Origin: a virus
Taxonomy: Duplodnaviria > Caudoviricetes
Virus record (IMG/VR): IMGVR_UViG_3300044805_000052
Coordinates: 1-27,180 of that record
DNA length: 27,180 bases
Direction: 5' to 3' (one strand)
The notes under the pieces are model-generated. The model did no database searches. It was not told the origin of the DNA and saw only the letters and a program-made list of their open reading frames with translations. The position numbers and the translations under genes were made by a program. Shown piece by piece: positions 15,265 through 23,951 of the stretch. Position 1 is the stretch's first letter, and every line of letters begins with the position of its first letter.

Positions 15265-18086
15265 TATGTGAGCAGTCCTCCAGGGCGTTTCTGTTTGACC
15301 AGCTCTTGCTGGATAGCAGCAGCGATCAATCGACCGAGCTGCTTGCCTTCTTGTTCATCGCCTTCTACCTTACTACCGCTGGCGTCTACGTTCACGACCA
15401 CGTTGACGCCGCCGCCGCCACCACCGGATGCTGTCACGCCTAACTTGCCGCCGGGGCCACGGCTAAGTGGCATGATTGCCTCGGGGCCAGCTTCGCCCAT
15501 CAACCCGATGCCTTTAGCAAACGGGAACAACGTCGGGCTGTTGACGATGCCGCCCTTGGCAAAGGGGATGATGCCGTTGGCTCCGTATGCGTTGCCGTTG
15601 GCATTTTTGCCAAATGCTTTTGCTAGGAACGAAAACACGCCCTTGCCATCAGTGCCACCTAAAGCGCCCAACGCTTCTGCGATAGCTTGCATTATTAACA
15701 TCTTGGCAATTGTCTTGAGCAGGTCGGCGCCAATCTTGCGCAATGAAACTCCTAAGCTTTCAGTGCCATCAATCATTGAATCAATGGCACTGCCAAATGC
15801 ACCTGCTGTTGCCGATGCCATATCAGTAAATAGTTGATTGTTTTCAACTGTTGCGTTCTTTAGCTTTTCAGTTTCAAACAACAGTTGCCTGATTTGATTG
15901 ATCTGCTCTTCTGTAAGGTTTAGTTTTTTAATTTGCTCCGATACTAGCTGATCCTCAATTTGCATCTCGGCGCGCTTAAGCGGATCTTTTTCTTTTGCTA
16001 ATGCAAATTCAAGCCGTGCGTTTTGTAAAATAGCTTGATGGTCTTTCGCTCGCTGCTGCTCCAAGCCTGCAAGATCAAATCCTAACTTACCTGATACTAT
16101 TGCAGCATCAATAGCAAGCTTGTTTAATACATTTTTCTTTTCTAGTGCTGGCATTTCTTTGTTGGCGACAATATCTGCGCGTTGTGATGCAATCTGCGCT
16201 AGCTCTTTTTGTGCATTACGCGCAAGCACTAGCTGATCGTTACCCGCTAATTGAGCCTGTTGCAATCTGCCTTCAATAGCAAAAATATCTTGCGCTAGCG
16301 TTAGCTGCACTTGCGATGCTCTGATCTGCTCAGCAACCCGCTTGGCAGCATTTGCGGCTTCATCGCTGGCGGCCTTTGGCTTGCCGCCAGTAGGGCCTGT
16401 AGCAGTGGTGCCGCCTACCGTTGCACCTATTGGGATGTTAAGTGCATTGGCGGCTGGAGTTTTCCTTGACTTGGCTTTCTTTGGCAAAGGCGCACCATAT
16501 CTCCCGTAGATTCCAGTAGCTTGCGCATTTGGCGCTGGCGCTCGACTAGCTGCGCTGCCAGCAGCACCAGCAGCACCAGTAAGCATCGATACAGCATTGC
16601 CGCTAAAGATATTGCGAATCGGAGCAGGCAGGTTAGACCACCAATTGTTAATAATGGCACTTAACCCATTAAACCCTGCAGCACCTTGAGATACAAGGCC
16701 GTTGAAGAAATCATTAAACGCATTGCTAGATACAGCAGCACTTGTTTCTGCTGCATTTGATGTGTCCTTAAATGCGCCTTGAAATAATTCTCTTATAAAT
16801 TTAGCAATAGGGCTAAGCTCAGGCGGCAGCTTTTCATATGCTTTTTGAATATTGGCAGCAGAATTTCTTGCGTCATCTGCCATGCCTTCAACGGCGCTCT
16901 TAAAATCGCTGGCTACAACTCCGCCGATGTTATTTACAAAGTTTCGGAATGTTCTATTGGTGTCGTATACAGCTTTACTAAGAAGTCCAAGCCCGATAAT
17001 TGCTGCAGCAGTCCATCCGGCGCCTGGAATGGCGAGCATTGCCAACTTAAGATTGCCAAATACAGCACTTACGCCTGCAACCTTTGGCGCTAATGCTGCC
17101 GCATTATTTGCGTATAACGCCCATGCTGATGATCCTGCTGTTGTAGCAACGCTTAGCTTGCTTGATTGTATTGTTAAAGCAGCTAGTGCTGCTTGCAATC
17201 CAATCGTGATTTGAATTGCTTTTTGCAGCAGCAAGAATTGCGCAATTAGCTTAACAGTTTCGCCTGTTGCATTTTTGACCGGATCTGGCAATGCTGCTAT
17301 CGTGCCAACTAATGATGTAAGATCTTTAATTAAAGGCGTGACTACTGGCAACAATTCATTGCCGACCGCAACGCTTAAATCATCAACGGCGTTTTGCAGA
17401 TCTTTGAATTTTTGAGTGTCGGAATTTTGCACCAATGCGGCGATTTTGCCTGCGCCTTCTGATTCGATGCGCTTGAGTGCATTAATAACAATGTCGGCAC
17501 TTAATTTACCATCTGAAGCAAACTGCTTAAGATCTTTGGCTGCAATGCCTGTCTCTTTGCTAACAGCAACAAGTAGGCCTGGAACTTGTTCTGCAATGCT
17601 CCTAAATTCGTCGCCCTGCAGACGGCCTGACCCAAGTGCTTGGCCTAATTGCAGAAATGCTGCTGACGCGCCTTCAGCACTAACGCCAGACAATCGAGCA
17701 ATTGTATTGAAGCCGTTAAATGTAGATTGAATATCTTTAAGTGAAACGCCAAGCGGCCTTAGTCTTCCATAAATATCAGCAACGCCTGTCGCCGCTTCGC
17801 GATTGCTTAGGCCGAATTGTTTAGCTGCTTTTGCTGCAAATTGCTGGGCTTGCGTATATTCTCCATATTCGCTAGTCAGCAGCTTTAATCGAGTTTGCAA
17901 ATCATTAAAAGATGCAGCGGCTTTTAATGTTTGCGCGGCAATGCTGGCGACCCCAAGGCCAGCTATAGCTGACTGCAGCGCACCAAATGCCCGCTGCGTC
18001 GATTGCGCCTGCGTCTGCACCTGCCGCAGCTTGCTAACAGCACCGCTGCTGTCAACATTAATGGCGACATTAGCGACAACCGACAC
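15264..18086 (-). CDS. tail tape measure protein
   Basis: 940 aa, Ala-rich; QL.QALGSGRLQGDEFRSI.EQ.P tape-measure motif; C-terminal FAKGG...GEAGPEAI.PL. Confidence 0.95.
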   Translation of the reverse strand: MSVVANVAINVDSSGAVSKLRQVQTQAQSTQRAFGALQSAIAGLGVASIAAQTLKAAASFNDLQTRLKLLTSEYGEYTQAQQFAAKAAKQFGLSNREAATGVADIYGRLRPLGVSLKDIQSTFNGFNTIARLSGVSAEGASAAFLQLGQALGSGRLQGDEFRSIAEQVPGLLVAVSKETGIAAKDLKQFASDGKLSADIVINALKRIESEGAGKIAALVQNSDTQKFKDLQNAVDDLSVAVGNELLPVVTPLIKDLTSLVGTIAALPDPVKNATGETVKLIAQFLLLQKAIQITIGLQAALAALTIQSSKLSVATTAGSSAWALYANNAAALAPKVAGVSAVFGNLKLAMLAIPGAGWTAAAIIGLGLLSKAVYDTNRTFRNFVNNIGGVVASDFKSAVEGMADDARNSAANIQKAYEKLPPELSPIAKFIRELFQGAFKDTSNAAETSAAVSSNAFNDFFNGLVSQGAAGFNGLSAIINNWWSNLPAPIRNIFSGNAVSMLTGAAGAAGSAASRAPAPNAQATGIYGRYGAPLPKKAKSRKTPAANALNIPIGATVGGTTATGPTGGKPKAASDEAANAAKRVAEQIRASQVQLTLAQDIFAIEGRLQQAQLAGNDQLVLARNAQKELAQIASQRADIVANKEMPALEKKNVLNKLAIDAAIVSGKLGFDLAGLEQQRAKDHQAILQNARLEFALAKEKDPLKRAEMQIEDQLVSEQIKKLNLTEEQINQIRQLLFETEKLKNATVENNQLFTDMASATAGAFGSAIDSMIDGTESLGVSLRKIGADLLKTIAKMLIMQAIAEALGALGGTDGKGVFSFLAKAFGKNANGNAYGANGIIPFAKGGIVNSPTLFPFAKGIGLMGEAGPEAIMPLSRGPGGKLGVTASGGGGGGVNVVVNVDASGSKVEGDEQEGKQLGRLIAAAIQQELVKQKRPGGLLT

Positions 18087-18090
18087 GCGC

Positions 18091-18279
18091 CTACCTACGC
18101 CTTTGCTTCATTCTACGCTCCTGCTCTTCGTTTTGCAGGTCAAAATAACAGCTCCACAAAAGCAGCTCTTCCATTGTTACCTCTTGGTTGAGCCGGACTA
18201 ACGAGTAGCCCAGCTCTTTAGCAATGCCAAGTTGGAGCAATAGTAGGTTGTCTTTCTTTAGCTCAGCCTTTAATGCTTT
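18091..18279 (-). CDS. tail assembly chaperone frameshift extension (gpT-like), no start of its own at the 5' end
   Basis: 62 open codons in the +1 frame of the chaperone: KALKAELKKDNLLLLQLGIAKELGYSLVRLNQEVTMEELLLWSCYFDLQNEEQERRMKQRRR*, ending 4 nt before the tape measure start. Confidence 0.75.
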   Translation of the reverse strand, partial: KALKAELKKDNLLLLQLGIAKELGYSLVRLNQEVTMEELLLWSCYFDLQNEEQERRMKQRRR

Positions 18280-18613
18280 TCATGTCTACCTCTACCTCTT
18301 CAGGGTTGGTGATAATCGCAAGCATCAGTTGCTGCAGGTCAGCATCCATTACCTCGTTCTTCAGCTCAGCGATCTCGCCAGCAGCAAACAACCGTTGCCC
18401 CGCATCATCTACTGCTTTGGTGATCAGCAGGTTAAGCGCAAATCCGTTGGGGTCATCGCCACCTGGCATCTTTTGCGCACGCTCGCGCTCTGCCATGGTC
18501 AGAGGTGCTGAGTAAAACTCAAAATCAGTGCCATCGTTTAATTTGACCGTACGCTTAACGGGCGTCAGGTTAGCAGCTTGCTTGAGGCGTGACAGCGCAG
18601 ACGTGGTTGCCAT
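18263..18613 (-). CDS. tail assembly chaperone (gpG-like)
   Basis: Position between tail tube and tape measure; D..G.RLF motif. Confidence 0.85.
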   Translation of the reverse strand: MATTSALSRLKQAANLTPVKRTVKLNDGTDFEFYSAPLTMAERERAQKMPGGDDPNGFALNLLITKAVDDAGQRLFAAGEIAELKNEVMDADLQQLMLAIITNPEEVEVDMKSIKG

Positions 18614-18646
18614 AAATATCAGTGATTCGCTATCACTTTAAGCATG

Positions 18647-18673
18647 AAAAAGCCCCCAGCGCAAGCTGGAGGC
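18647..18673 (-). terminator. rho-independent terminator after the tail tube gene
   Basis: GCCTCCAGC-TTGC-GCTGGGGGC stem-loop followed by TTTTT on the - strand. Confidence 0.85.
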
Positions 18674-18688
18674 ACATGTGGTAACCGA

Positions 18689-19447
18689 TCAGGCACTGGT
18701 GCTGAAGTCAAATGTAGGAGTACCGCTTGGCCGGAAGGTGATTTCCACCATCTGGGCATCGTCTGGGTTGATGTTGATGCTAGCGGTCAGCAGCACTGCA
18801 TCCATGGCGATGCTGCGGCTAAGTGCTTCAGTGGTGCCCTTATCGGTGTACAGCTTGAAGCCGCAACCAACCTGCTGGCGCTGCAGCACGTCTTCCACCA
18901 TTCGGTTGGAGAGTGCTGAGTCCTCGTTGGTGACGTAAACGCTAGCGGTACCGCTGCCATCAGCAAAGCCAGGGATGTAAGCGCGGAATGGCGCATACTG
19001 CCCAACAGCTTGACCGATGGTGGTTACGTCAATCTCAGCGCGGCTGATCTCGAAGCTCCATGACTGCACCTGCCCGACGGCGGCGTAGTCGGCGTAATAC
19101 ACCTCAAACTCGTTGGGTGCTACAGCAGTGCCATCATCAGTGATGGCAAGGATAGTGCCACCTGCAGTGGCTGAAACTGTCAATGCACCAGTGGAGGCGG
19201 TGTAGCTGAGGACGTAATAGGTGGTGGCAGCCGAGATGGGTGCAGGCAACGTGCCGGTACCGGCAGCGCCAGTTTGGCTGTCGATTACGCGAAACTTAAC
19301 GGGGTCGCCAACCTTGAAGTTCAGGTAAGCGGCAACAGTGATGACATCGGTGCTGATATTCACGCCCGTTTCAGGGAAGTTGCCGTTGGTGCCGGCAGGC
19401 TTGTAGTAGAGAGCGCCGGACGTACCGGACAAGACAGTGACGGCCAT
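18689..19447 (-). CDS. major tail tube protein
   Basis: VGQV.SWSFEI.R.EIDVT..G...Y.PGFADGSG; position; followed by a terminator. Confidence 0.9.
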   Translation of the reverse strand: MAVTVLSGTSGALYYKPAGTNGNFPETGVNISTDVITVAAYLNFKVGDPVKFRVIDSQTGAAGTGTLPAPISAATTYYVLSYTASTGALTVSATAGGTILAITDDGTAVAPNEFEVYYADYAAVGQVQSWSFEISRAEIDVTTIGQAVGQYAPFRAYIPGFADGSGTASVYVTNEDSALSNRMVEDVLQRQQVGCGFKLYTDKGTTEALSRSIAMDAVLLTASININPDDAQMVEITFRPSGTPTFDFSTSA

Positions 19448-19480
19448 TGTTGTGAGCGGTAGTGGCTAGTGACAGTGTAC

Positions 19481-19888
19481 CTAGTCTAGGTACGCTTCAA
19501 ACGTAGCCGTAAGTTGCGTTTGGTAATAAGGCTGCGGTGCTGCTGGTGTTACCTGTGCTGGGCCTGATGCCGGATCGAAGATGATGCTGCTGAACTTGGC
19601 GCGGTCAAATAAATCCTTGACACGCTCGGCAATCGTGAAATTAGCAGCCGTGCCAGCGCCGATAGGGGTGAAGACATTGACTACCAGCGTGCCGTTCTGC
19701 CGGTTGAAGCTGGTGAGTGTGGCGTAGCTGTTGTCGCCAAACCGTATGAACGCCTGCAGCCATGGCGTGTTGTTAGGTGGCGTAAATGGTACGTTCTGAT
19801 AGCTGACTGGGTACACAGGCGCTACCGCCAGCTCAGTCGCAATGCGCCCTTCAATAGCAGCGCGGACATCGTTGTAGGTGCTGCTCAT
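19481..19888 (-). CDS. tail terminator protein
   Basis: Y.NV.F.PP...W, G...VNVF.P.G.G; directly upstream of the tail tube gene. Confidence 0.8.
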   Translation of the reverse strand: MSSTYNDVRAAIEGRIATELAVAPVYPVSYQNVPFTPPNNTPWLQAFIRFGDNSYATLTSFNRQNGTLVVNVFTPIGAGTAANFTIAERVKDLFDRAKFSSIIFDPASGPAQVTPAAPQPYYQTQLTATFEAYLD

Positions 19889-20322
19889 GATTCCCTGCCG
19901 ATGCGTGCTGCTGCAATTCTGACGCGGCCTTGCACGTCCTTGGCGGCGCCTTGCACCCAGCCGCCAGGCGCTTGCTTGCTGCTGCCCCTAGCTAGCGGCT
20001 CCGCATATGGCAGGTTGTTGTGGACTGAGTAGACGTTGCCGATGCGCTCTTGCTGGTAGTTCATCTTGCGCAGCGGAAACATTGGTCCCGCAGGTGGGCT
20101 GGTTTTGTCGCGGCCAAGATTACTTGGTGATTGCTGCGGGCCTGCATCGTACGACCCGGCTGCATTCTCGCCGACCTGCCAGCTAGCGCGAAACCTACCG
20201 GTATCAACTGGGCTGGCTTGCTTTAGCAGGCTGTCAGTTTCCAGCACCGCTGCACGCAGCAGCTTTTCCATCTGTTGGTTGCAATAGTCGCCAATATCAC
20301 CAACGCGAATAGTGCGTGCCAT
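19885..20322 (-). CDS. HK97 gp10-like tail completion/neck protein
   Basis: SPVDTGRFRASW and NNLPYA..L..G.S.QAP.G motifs. Confidence 0.85.
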   Translation of the reverse strand: MARTIRVGDIGDYCNQQMEKLLRAAVLETDSLLKQASPVDTGRFRASWQVGENAAGSYDAGPQQSPSNLGRDKTSPPAGPMFPLRKMNYQQERIGNVYSVHNNLPYAEPLARGSSKQAPGGWVQGAAKDVQGRVRIAAARIGRES

Positions 20323-20678
20323 CAGTCCCTCAGGATCAGCTCATAGGTGATCGGCTCATTGTCCTGCTCAATAGTGCGCACCTCAATCACTTGCAACGTG
20401 CGGTTGCTGATGATGACACGATCAGCAGTGGTTGGCACTGCTGCGGTATCTGCTGCTGCAATGATGAATCGCTTGTCGCCAGCCTGGATCAGGTCATTAA
20501 CCTCGCTGCGGCGCACGTCCTCCAGCACGCCACGCAATGCGGTGTCGCTGGTGGTTTCAGCAGCAGTGCCAGTTGTGGTGTTATAAGCGCCAAGCGTTAT
20601 TCGGCGGATGGTTGCCTCACCACCAAACTTTGCCATCAACTTTGACGCAACCTTGCGCAGCGGGCCGGATAGTGTCAT
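20322..20678 (-). CDS. head-closure / head-tail joining protein
   Basis: Position; G.Y...TG, I..GD.R, P...D beta-rich pattern. Confidence 0.75.
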   Translation of the reverse strand: MTLSGPLRKVASKLMAKFGGEATIRRITLGAYNTTTGTAAETTSDTALRGVLEDVRRSEVNDLIQAGDKRFIIAAADTAAVPTTADRVIISNRTLQVIEVRTIEQDNEPITYELILRD

Positions 20679-20896
20679 GGTGCGCCTTCCGACTTAATGT
20701 TGTCGCCATCTTCATACAACAGCAAATCATCATTTTCTGCTGCAATAAACTCAAACGCTGCTGCTGCTGCTGCATTAAGCACTGGAGCTAATCGCAACTT
20801 GCCGCTTAAGTTCAACATCAGCAGATCATTGCCCCAAAGCTTTAACAGATCAACACCTTGGAGTATGGCGCCCTTGGCAATGTCGATCCGTATCAT
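20675..20896 (-). CDS. small hypothetical virion-region protein with acidic C-terminal repeat
   Basis: Coupled to the next gene by ATGA; C-terminus FIAAENDDLLLYEDGDNIKSE. Confidence 0.65.
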   Translation of the reverse strand: MIRIDIAKGAILQGVDLLKLWGNDLLMLNLSGKLRLAPVLNAAAAAAFEFIAAENDDLLLYEDGDNIKSEGAP

Positions 20897-20899
20897 GGC

Positions 20900-21106
20900 T
20901 CAACTTCTGGTGACGGTAAGAAGGTTGTTGTTTACATCGTAAGTCAATGTAAGAGTTGCAACGGTTCTGCCGCTAGCTCCGCCACGCTTATAAATTGCAG
21001 TCAGCAGGTTATTGCTGGCATCATAGGTGTTTTCAATGTAGTCATGCGTTGGGATTTCAAGCCCCTCACGGGTTACTGCATCACCACCGCCAATGGAAAT
21101 CATCAT
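20900..21106 (-). CDS. small hypothetical protein with two TYD.NNLLT repeats
   Basis: Coupled to the adaptor gene; internal repeat TYDASNNLLT / TYDVNNNLLT. Confidence 0.7.
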   Translation of the reverse strand: MMISIGGGDAVTREGLEIPTHDYIENTYDASNNLLTAIYKRGGASGRTVATLTLTYDVNNNLLTVTRS

Positions 21107-21666
21107 GACCGGCGAATTGCGAAGTTACCTGGTCCACTTATTCTAAGCCCTGTCAGGTAACGCTCCATCAGCGGTGGCACCTTATCAGCGCCAACAGCGC
21201 CATAGCCAACGTTAGGCGTTACGTCAAGGCTGCCGATCTTGACATTCTTGTAATCCTCCAATCCGCTTAGCCCTAGCGCATCAGTGTTGTTATGCAGGAA
21301 CACCGCCAGCACGGTTTGCGCGTACTGGATCTGCGTTGGGATCTCGGTATCGGTGAAATAGTCAGTACTGATGCGAAATGGAAAGCCAACTGCATAGGTA
21401 TTGATGTAGGTGTCAGGCTTGCGCACGCCAGTACGCGGCCACTGCAATGATTGCGTATCAGCAGCCCTAGCGCCTAAAAACCGTTCGCGGTCTAGGCGTT
21501 GCGTTGCCGTAAACAATGCACGGTTGCGGCTGTCGGTGTTGCCGGTATTCCAATGCTGTACATCAGCGTCCTCGACAAAGCCATCAACTATCGCTTGCGC
21601 GTCCGCTAGCGTCAGGTACGAGTTTGCGTTTGAGGCCCCTGCTGTGGCCACGATTACTACTGCCAT
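21103..21666 (-). CDS. head-tail adaptor (DnaT-like phage family)
   Basis: ANSY.TLA.A, AL..AT..LD...F.G.R....Q.L.WPR, IP..I..AQ..LA. Confidence 0.8.
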   Translation of the reverse strand: MAVVIVATAGASNANSYLTLADAQAIVDGFVEDADVQHWNTGNTDSRNRALFTATQRLDRERFLGARAADTQSLQWPRTGVRKPDTYINTYAVGFPFRISTDYFTDTEIPTQIQYAQTVLAVFLHNNTDALGLSGLEDYKNVKIGSLDVTPNVGYGAVGADKVPPLMERYLTGLRISGPGNFAIRRS

Positions 21667-21772
21667 TGTCCGGTTCCGTTGGTATTAGTTTAGGCTCTGC
21701 AATAGAAAGAGAGGCCACTTCCGTAGAAGCAGCCTCCCGATCACGCAGTCGCCGGAAGGCGAACAGCCCCAT
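21584..21772 (-). CDS. small hypothetical protein (MGLFAFRRLR...)
   Basis: TAATG coupling to the upstream gene; fills the gap before the adaptor but overlaps it by 83 nt. Confidence 0.55.
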   Translation of the reverse strand: MGLFAFRRLRDREAASTEVASLSIAEPKLIPTEPDNGSSNRGHSRGLKRKLVPDASGRASDS

Positions 21773-22143
21773 TAGCTAGCAGCGCCCTTGATGACTGCAA
21801 AGCTAAGCACAATTGCTTGGCTTAGCGAGCCACCAGATACGTTGCGCACTGTGACTGCAAACGATCCCGCCGCGACCGCATTGGCCAGAACGGAATACGC
21901 GCCAGCAGTGCCGGCTGACGCATGGTTAACGATCACAACATCGGTTGCAGCTATAGAGCTGTTTGTGACGGTGAAAGAAACGTTTGTAGCATCAGCCAAA
22001 GCAGCAGCGTTCATGGTGATTGATCCTGAAGGGAAGTTCAGGGTTACACCAGTGCTTTTGCTAGTTGCTTGGGTGACAGCGCCACCAAGCCCAACTGGGT
22101 AGCCGATCGCATTGCCGGCTACGGTTTCAAAGATAGAAGCCAT
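21772..22143 (-). CDS. putative capsid decoration / minor head protein
   Basis: Immediately after the major capsid gene with a GAGG RBS; Ala/Ser/Thr/Val-rich beta protein (VTQ.TSK.TGVTLN...G.ITM). Confidence 0.75.
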   Translation of the reverse strand: MASIFETVAGNAIGYPVGLGGAVTQATSKSTGVTLNFPSGSITMNAAALADATNVSFTVTNSSIAATDVVIVNHASAGTAGAYSVLANAVAAGSFAVTVRNVSGGSLSQAIVLSFAVIKGAAS

Positions 22144-22154
22144 GATTAGTTACC

Positions 22155-23183
22155 TCAATCGAAGTTAGAGGTGTTTGTAGCCCGCACGATCCCAAGGTTC
22201 TTGAGTTCGTACACCTTCGACCAGTTACCAACTGTTGCCAGTGCGGCGCGAGTCGGGTTAGGAGTGCCAACGGTCCACTTGCTACCAACGGGGTGGTAGC
22301 AATAGTGCAGGTCGATCGACATGGCATCACTCTTGGCGAGGATGTCACGGTCGGTTTCAGTCTGCATCCCCATCTGCTCACCAGAGGCAATAGCGCCTTG
22401 GGTGAAGAAGTAAGTGGCATACTCGGTGGAGCTGCCGCTGCCTTCAGTTTGCACATCATCCGAAACAATTACCCTCAATCCCATATACACGGGAACTGAG
22501 TTGTCACCGCCGTAAGCGCCAACCAAGCTGCCGCCAGATTGGGTGGTAGTAGTGCCGCGTGCATCAAGGGTGCTGACATAATCAATCGCCTTGCGCTCTA
22601 CCAAGTCGTAGTAGACCTTGGAGTGCATTGCAACAGCAGCCAGCTTGTCACCTTGATCACCCAGCAGGCTGCGGGCTTCCGCAACATGACGCGGGCTAAG
22701 CACAACTGGAGTGTCGCCAGATTCGCCGTCGATGGTTAGACCAAAGAAAGCAGCAGATGAGCTAGTGGTGCCGAGGGTGCCGAAGATACCAGCGAGGCAT
22801 GACAGCAAATCCTTCTGACGCTGGTTGGCAACGTAATCAGCGATCTTGGCGCCGATAGCGGCCATGGGGTCAGCGCCAGCAGCAAGAGCTGCAAGGTCGC
22901 GTGACTCAAAGGCACGGCCACGGTGCAGGATAACGCCAACCTGCTTGTCAGCAGTGATCTTGCCGGGTGTCAATGAGGTGCTGTCGGTCAGCACTTCAAA
23001 GTCACCAGACAGGTTGGCTTTGAAGAACGGGACATTAATGTAGTCACCACCCTCAGTAGCATTCAACTCCGCCATTGGTTGAACAACACCCGATGCCAAG
23101 AAGGCATCACGAAGGGTGGTCTGTTCAAGAACGTAGGGGGTGAAGATTTCTGGGATGATGATGTCAGAGCGAAGAGTCGCCAT
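22155..23183 (-). CDS. major capsid protein
   Basis: 342 aa after the scaffold; T..SD.IIPE.F..Y, MHS.VY..L, Y.G.RVIV.DD, ETDRDIL motifs. Confidence 0.93.
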   Translation of the reverse strand: MATLRSDIIIPEIFTPYVLEQTTLRDAFLASGVVQPMAELNATEGGDYINVPFFKANLSGDFEVLTDSTSLTPGKITADKQVGVILHRGRAFESRDLAALAAGADPMAAIGAKIADYVANQRQKDLLSCLAGIFGTLGTTSSSAAFFGLTIDGESGDTPVVLSPRHVAEARSLLGDQGDKLAAVAMHSKVYYDLVERKAIDYVSTLDARGTTTTQSGGSLVGAYGGDNSVPVYMGLRVIVSDDVQTEGSGSSTEYATYFFTQGAIASGEQMGMQTETDRDILAKSDAMSIDLHYCYHPVGSKWTVGTPNPTRAALATVGNWSKVYELKNLGIVRATNTSNFD

Positions 23184-23213
23184 GATTCATCTCGGGGAAA
23201 TGGTTTACGGTGT

Positions 23214-23248
23214 GGGCACAGCCCGATGCACCAGCACAGCCGGTTGCA
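23214..23248 (-). promoter_or_regulatory. two C(UGU)G hairpins in the capsid gene leader
   Basis: GGGC-TGT-GCCC (23214-23224) and ACCGGC-TGT-GCTGGT (23230-23244). Confidence 0.6.
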
Positions 23249-23254
23249 GATAGC

Positions 23255-23926
23255 TTAGCGTGCTGCAGCAGTTTTCAATCGTTCGTACATATCACGGTCT
23301 GTACGAAACAGTCGTGATTGCTCGGTGAGATTAAACGACTCCTGCGCAAATGGGTTCTTGACGCCCAGCGGCATCTCACCACTGCTGCGCCCTGATGGTG
23401 CGCCGCTGCCTTGTGGCTTGGGTTGCTTCTGCATCCATGCCGGCAACGACTTAGCCCATTCGCTTACGGGTGTGCGCTGGTAGCCATCGACCACTACCAC
23501 GGTGCCATCAGGATCACGCTCGATCTGATCACTGCTCAGCTTGGTCTTGAGCACCATGTCGGGGTCATGCACTAGATCGGCTAGTGCGGTTACTGCTGGC
23601 GTGACAAGTTCAAGTTCACGGACGCGGACTTCAAGTTCTGTGATGCGCTGGTCCTTTTGCGCCGTCGCCTCACGGTACTGCTGCTCCAAAGCTTGTCTTG
23701 CTTCGGAGTACTTACCTTGTGATTCAAGTTCAGATTGCTCAGCGCGTCGCTTGAACTCAAGTAGCTCATCAATGTTGACTCCATCTGGAACCGCCTTCCC
23801 CTGTTGCTTGGCTTTCTTGTACTCGTCTATCAGCTCAGCGTTTTTGCGTCGCATCGCTTCTAGCTCAACTTGCAACCGTGATACTTCAGCGTTTTGCTCC
23901 ACAGGAGCAGTTTGCTCTTCAGACAT
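23255..23926 (-). CDS. capsid scaffolding protein
   Basis: Coiled-coil N-half, GSGA linker, NPF...FNLTEQ.RL...D..Y.RLK C-terminus; upstream of the capsid gene. Confidence 0.88.
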   Translation of the reverse strand: MSEEQTAPVEQNAEVSRLQVELEAMRRKNAELIDEYKKAKQQGKAVPDGVNIDELLEFKRRAEQSELESQGKYSEARQALEQQYREATAQKDQRITELEVRVRELELVTPAVTALADLVHDPDMVLKTKLSSDQIERDPDGTVVVVDGYQRTPVSEWAKSLPAWMQKQPKPQGSGAPSGRSSGEMPLGVKNPFAQESFNLTEQSRLFRTDRDMYERLKTAAAR

Positions 23927-23947
23927 GAATAACCCACAGGGTTTATT
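23895..23947 (-). promoter_or_regulatory. two C(UGU)G hairpins flanking the scaffold start codon
   Basis: AACCC-TGT-GGGTT (within 23928-23947) and TGCTCC-TGT-GGAGCA (23895-23909). Confidence 0.6.
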
Positions 23948-23951
23948 TGCC

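Noticed and set aside
15145-15837. 230-aa + strand ORF and similar antisense ORFs across the tail genes
   Set aside because: Antisense shadows of well-supported structural genes.
20757-20774. (TGC)n microsatellite as a phase-variation tract
   Set aside because: Triplet repeat encoding a poly-Ala linker; slippage would not change frame.
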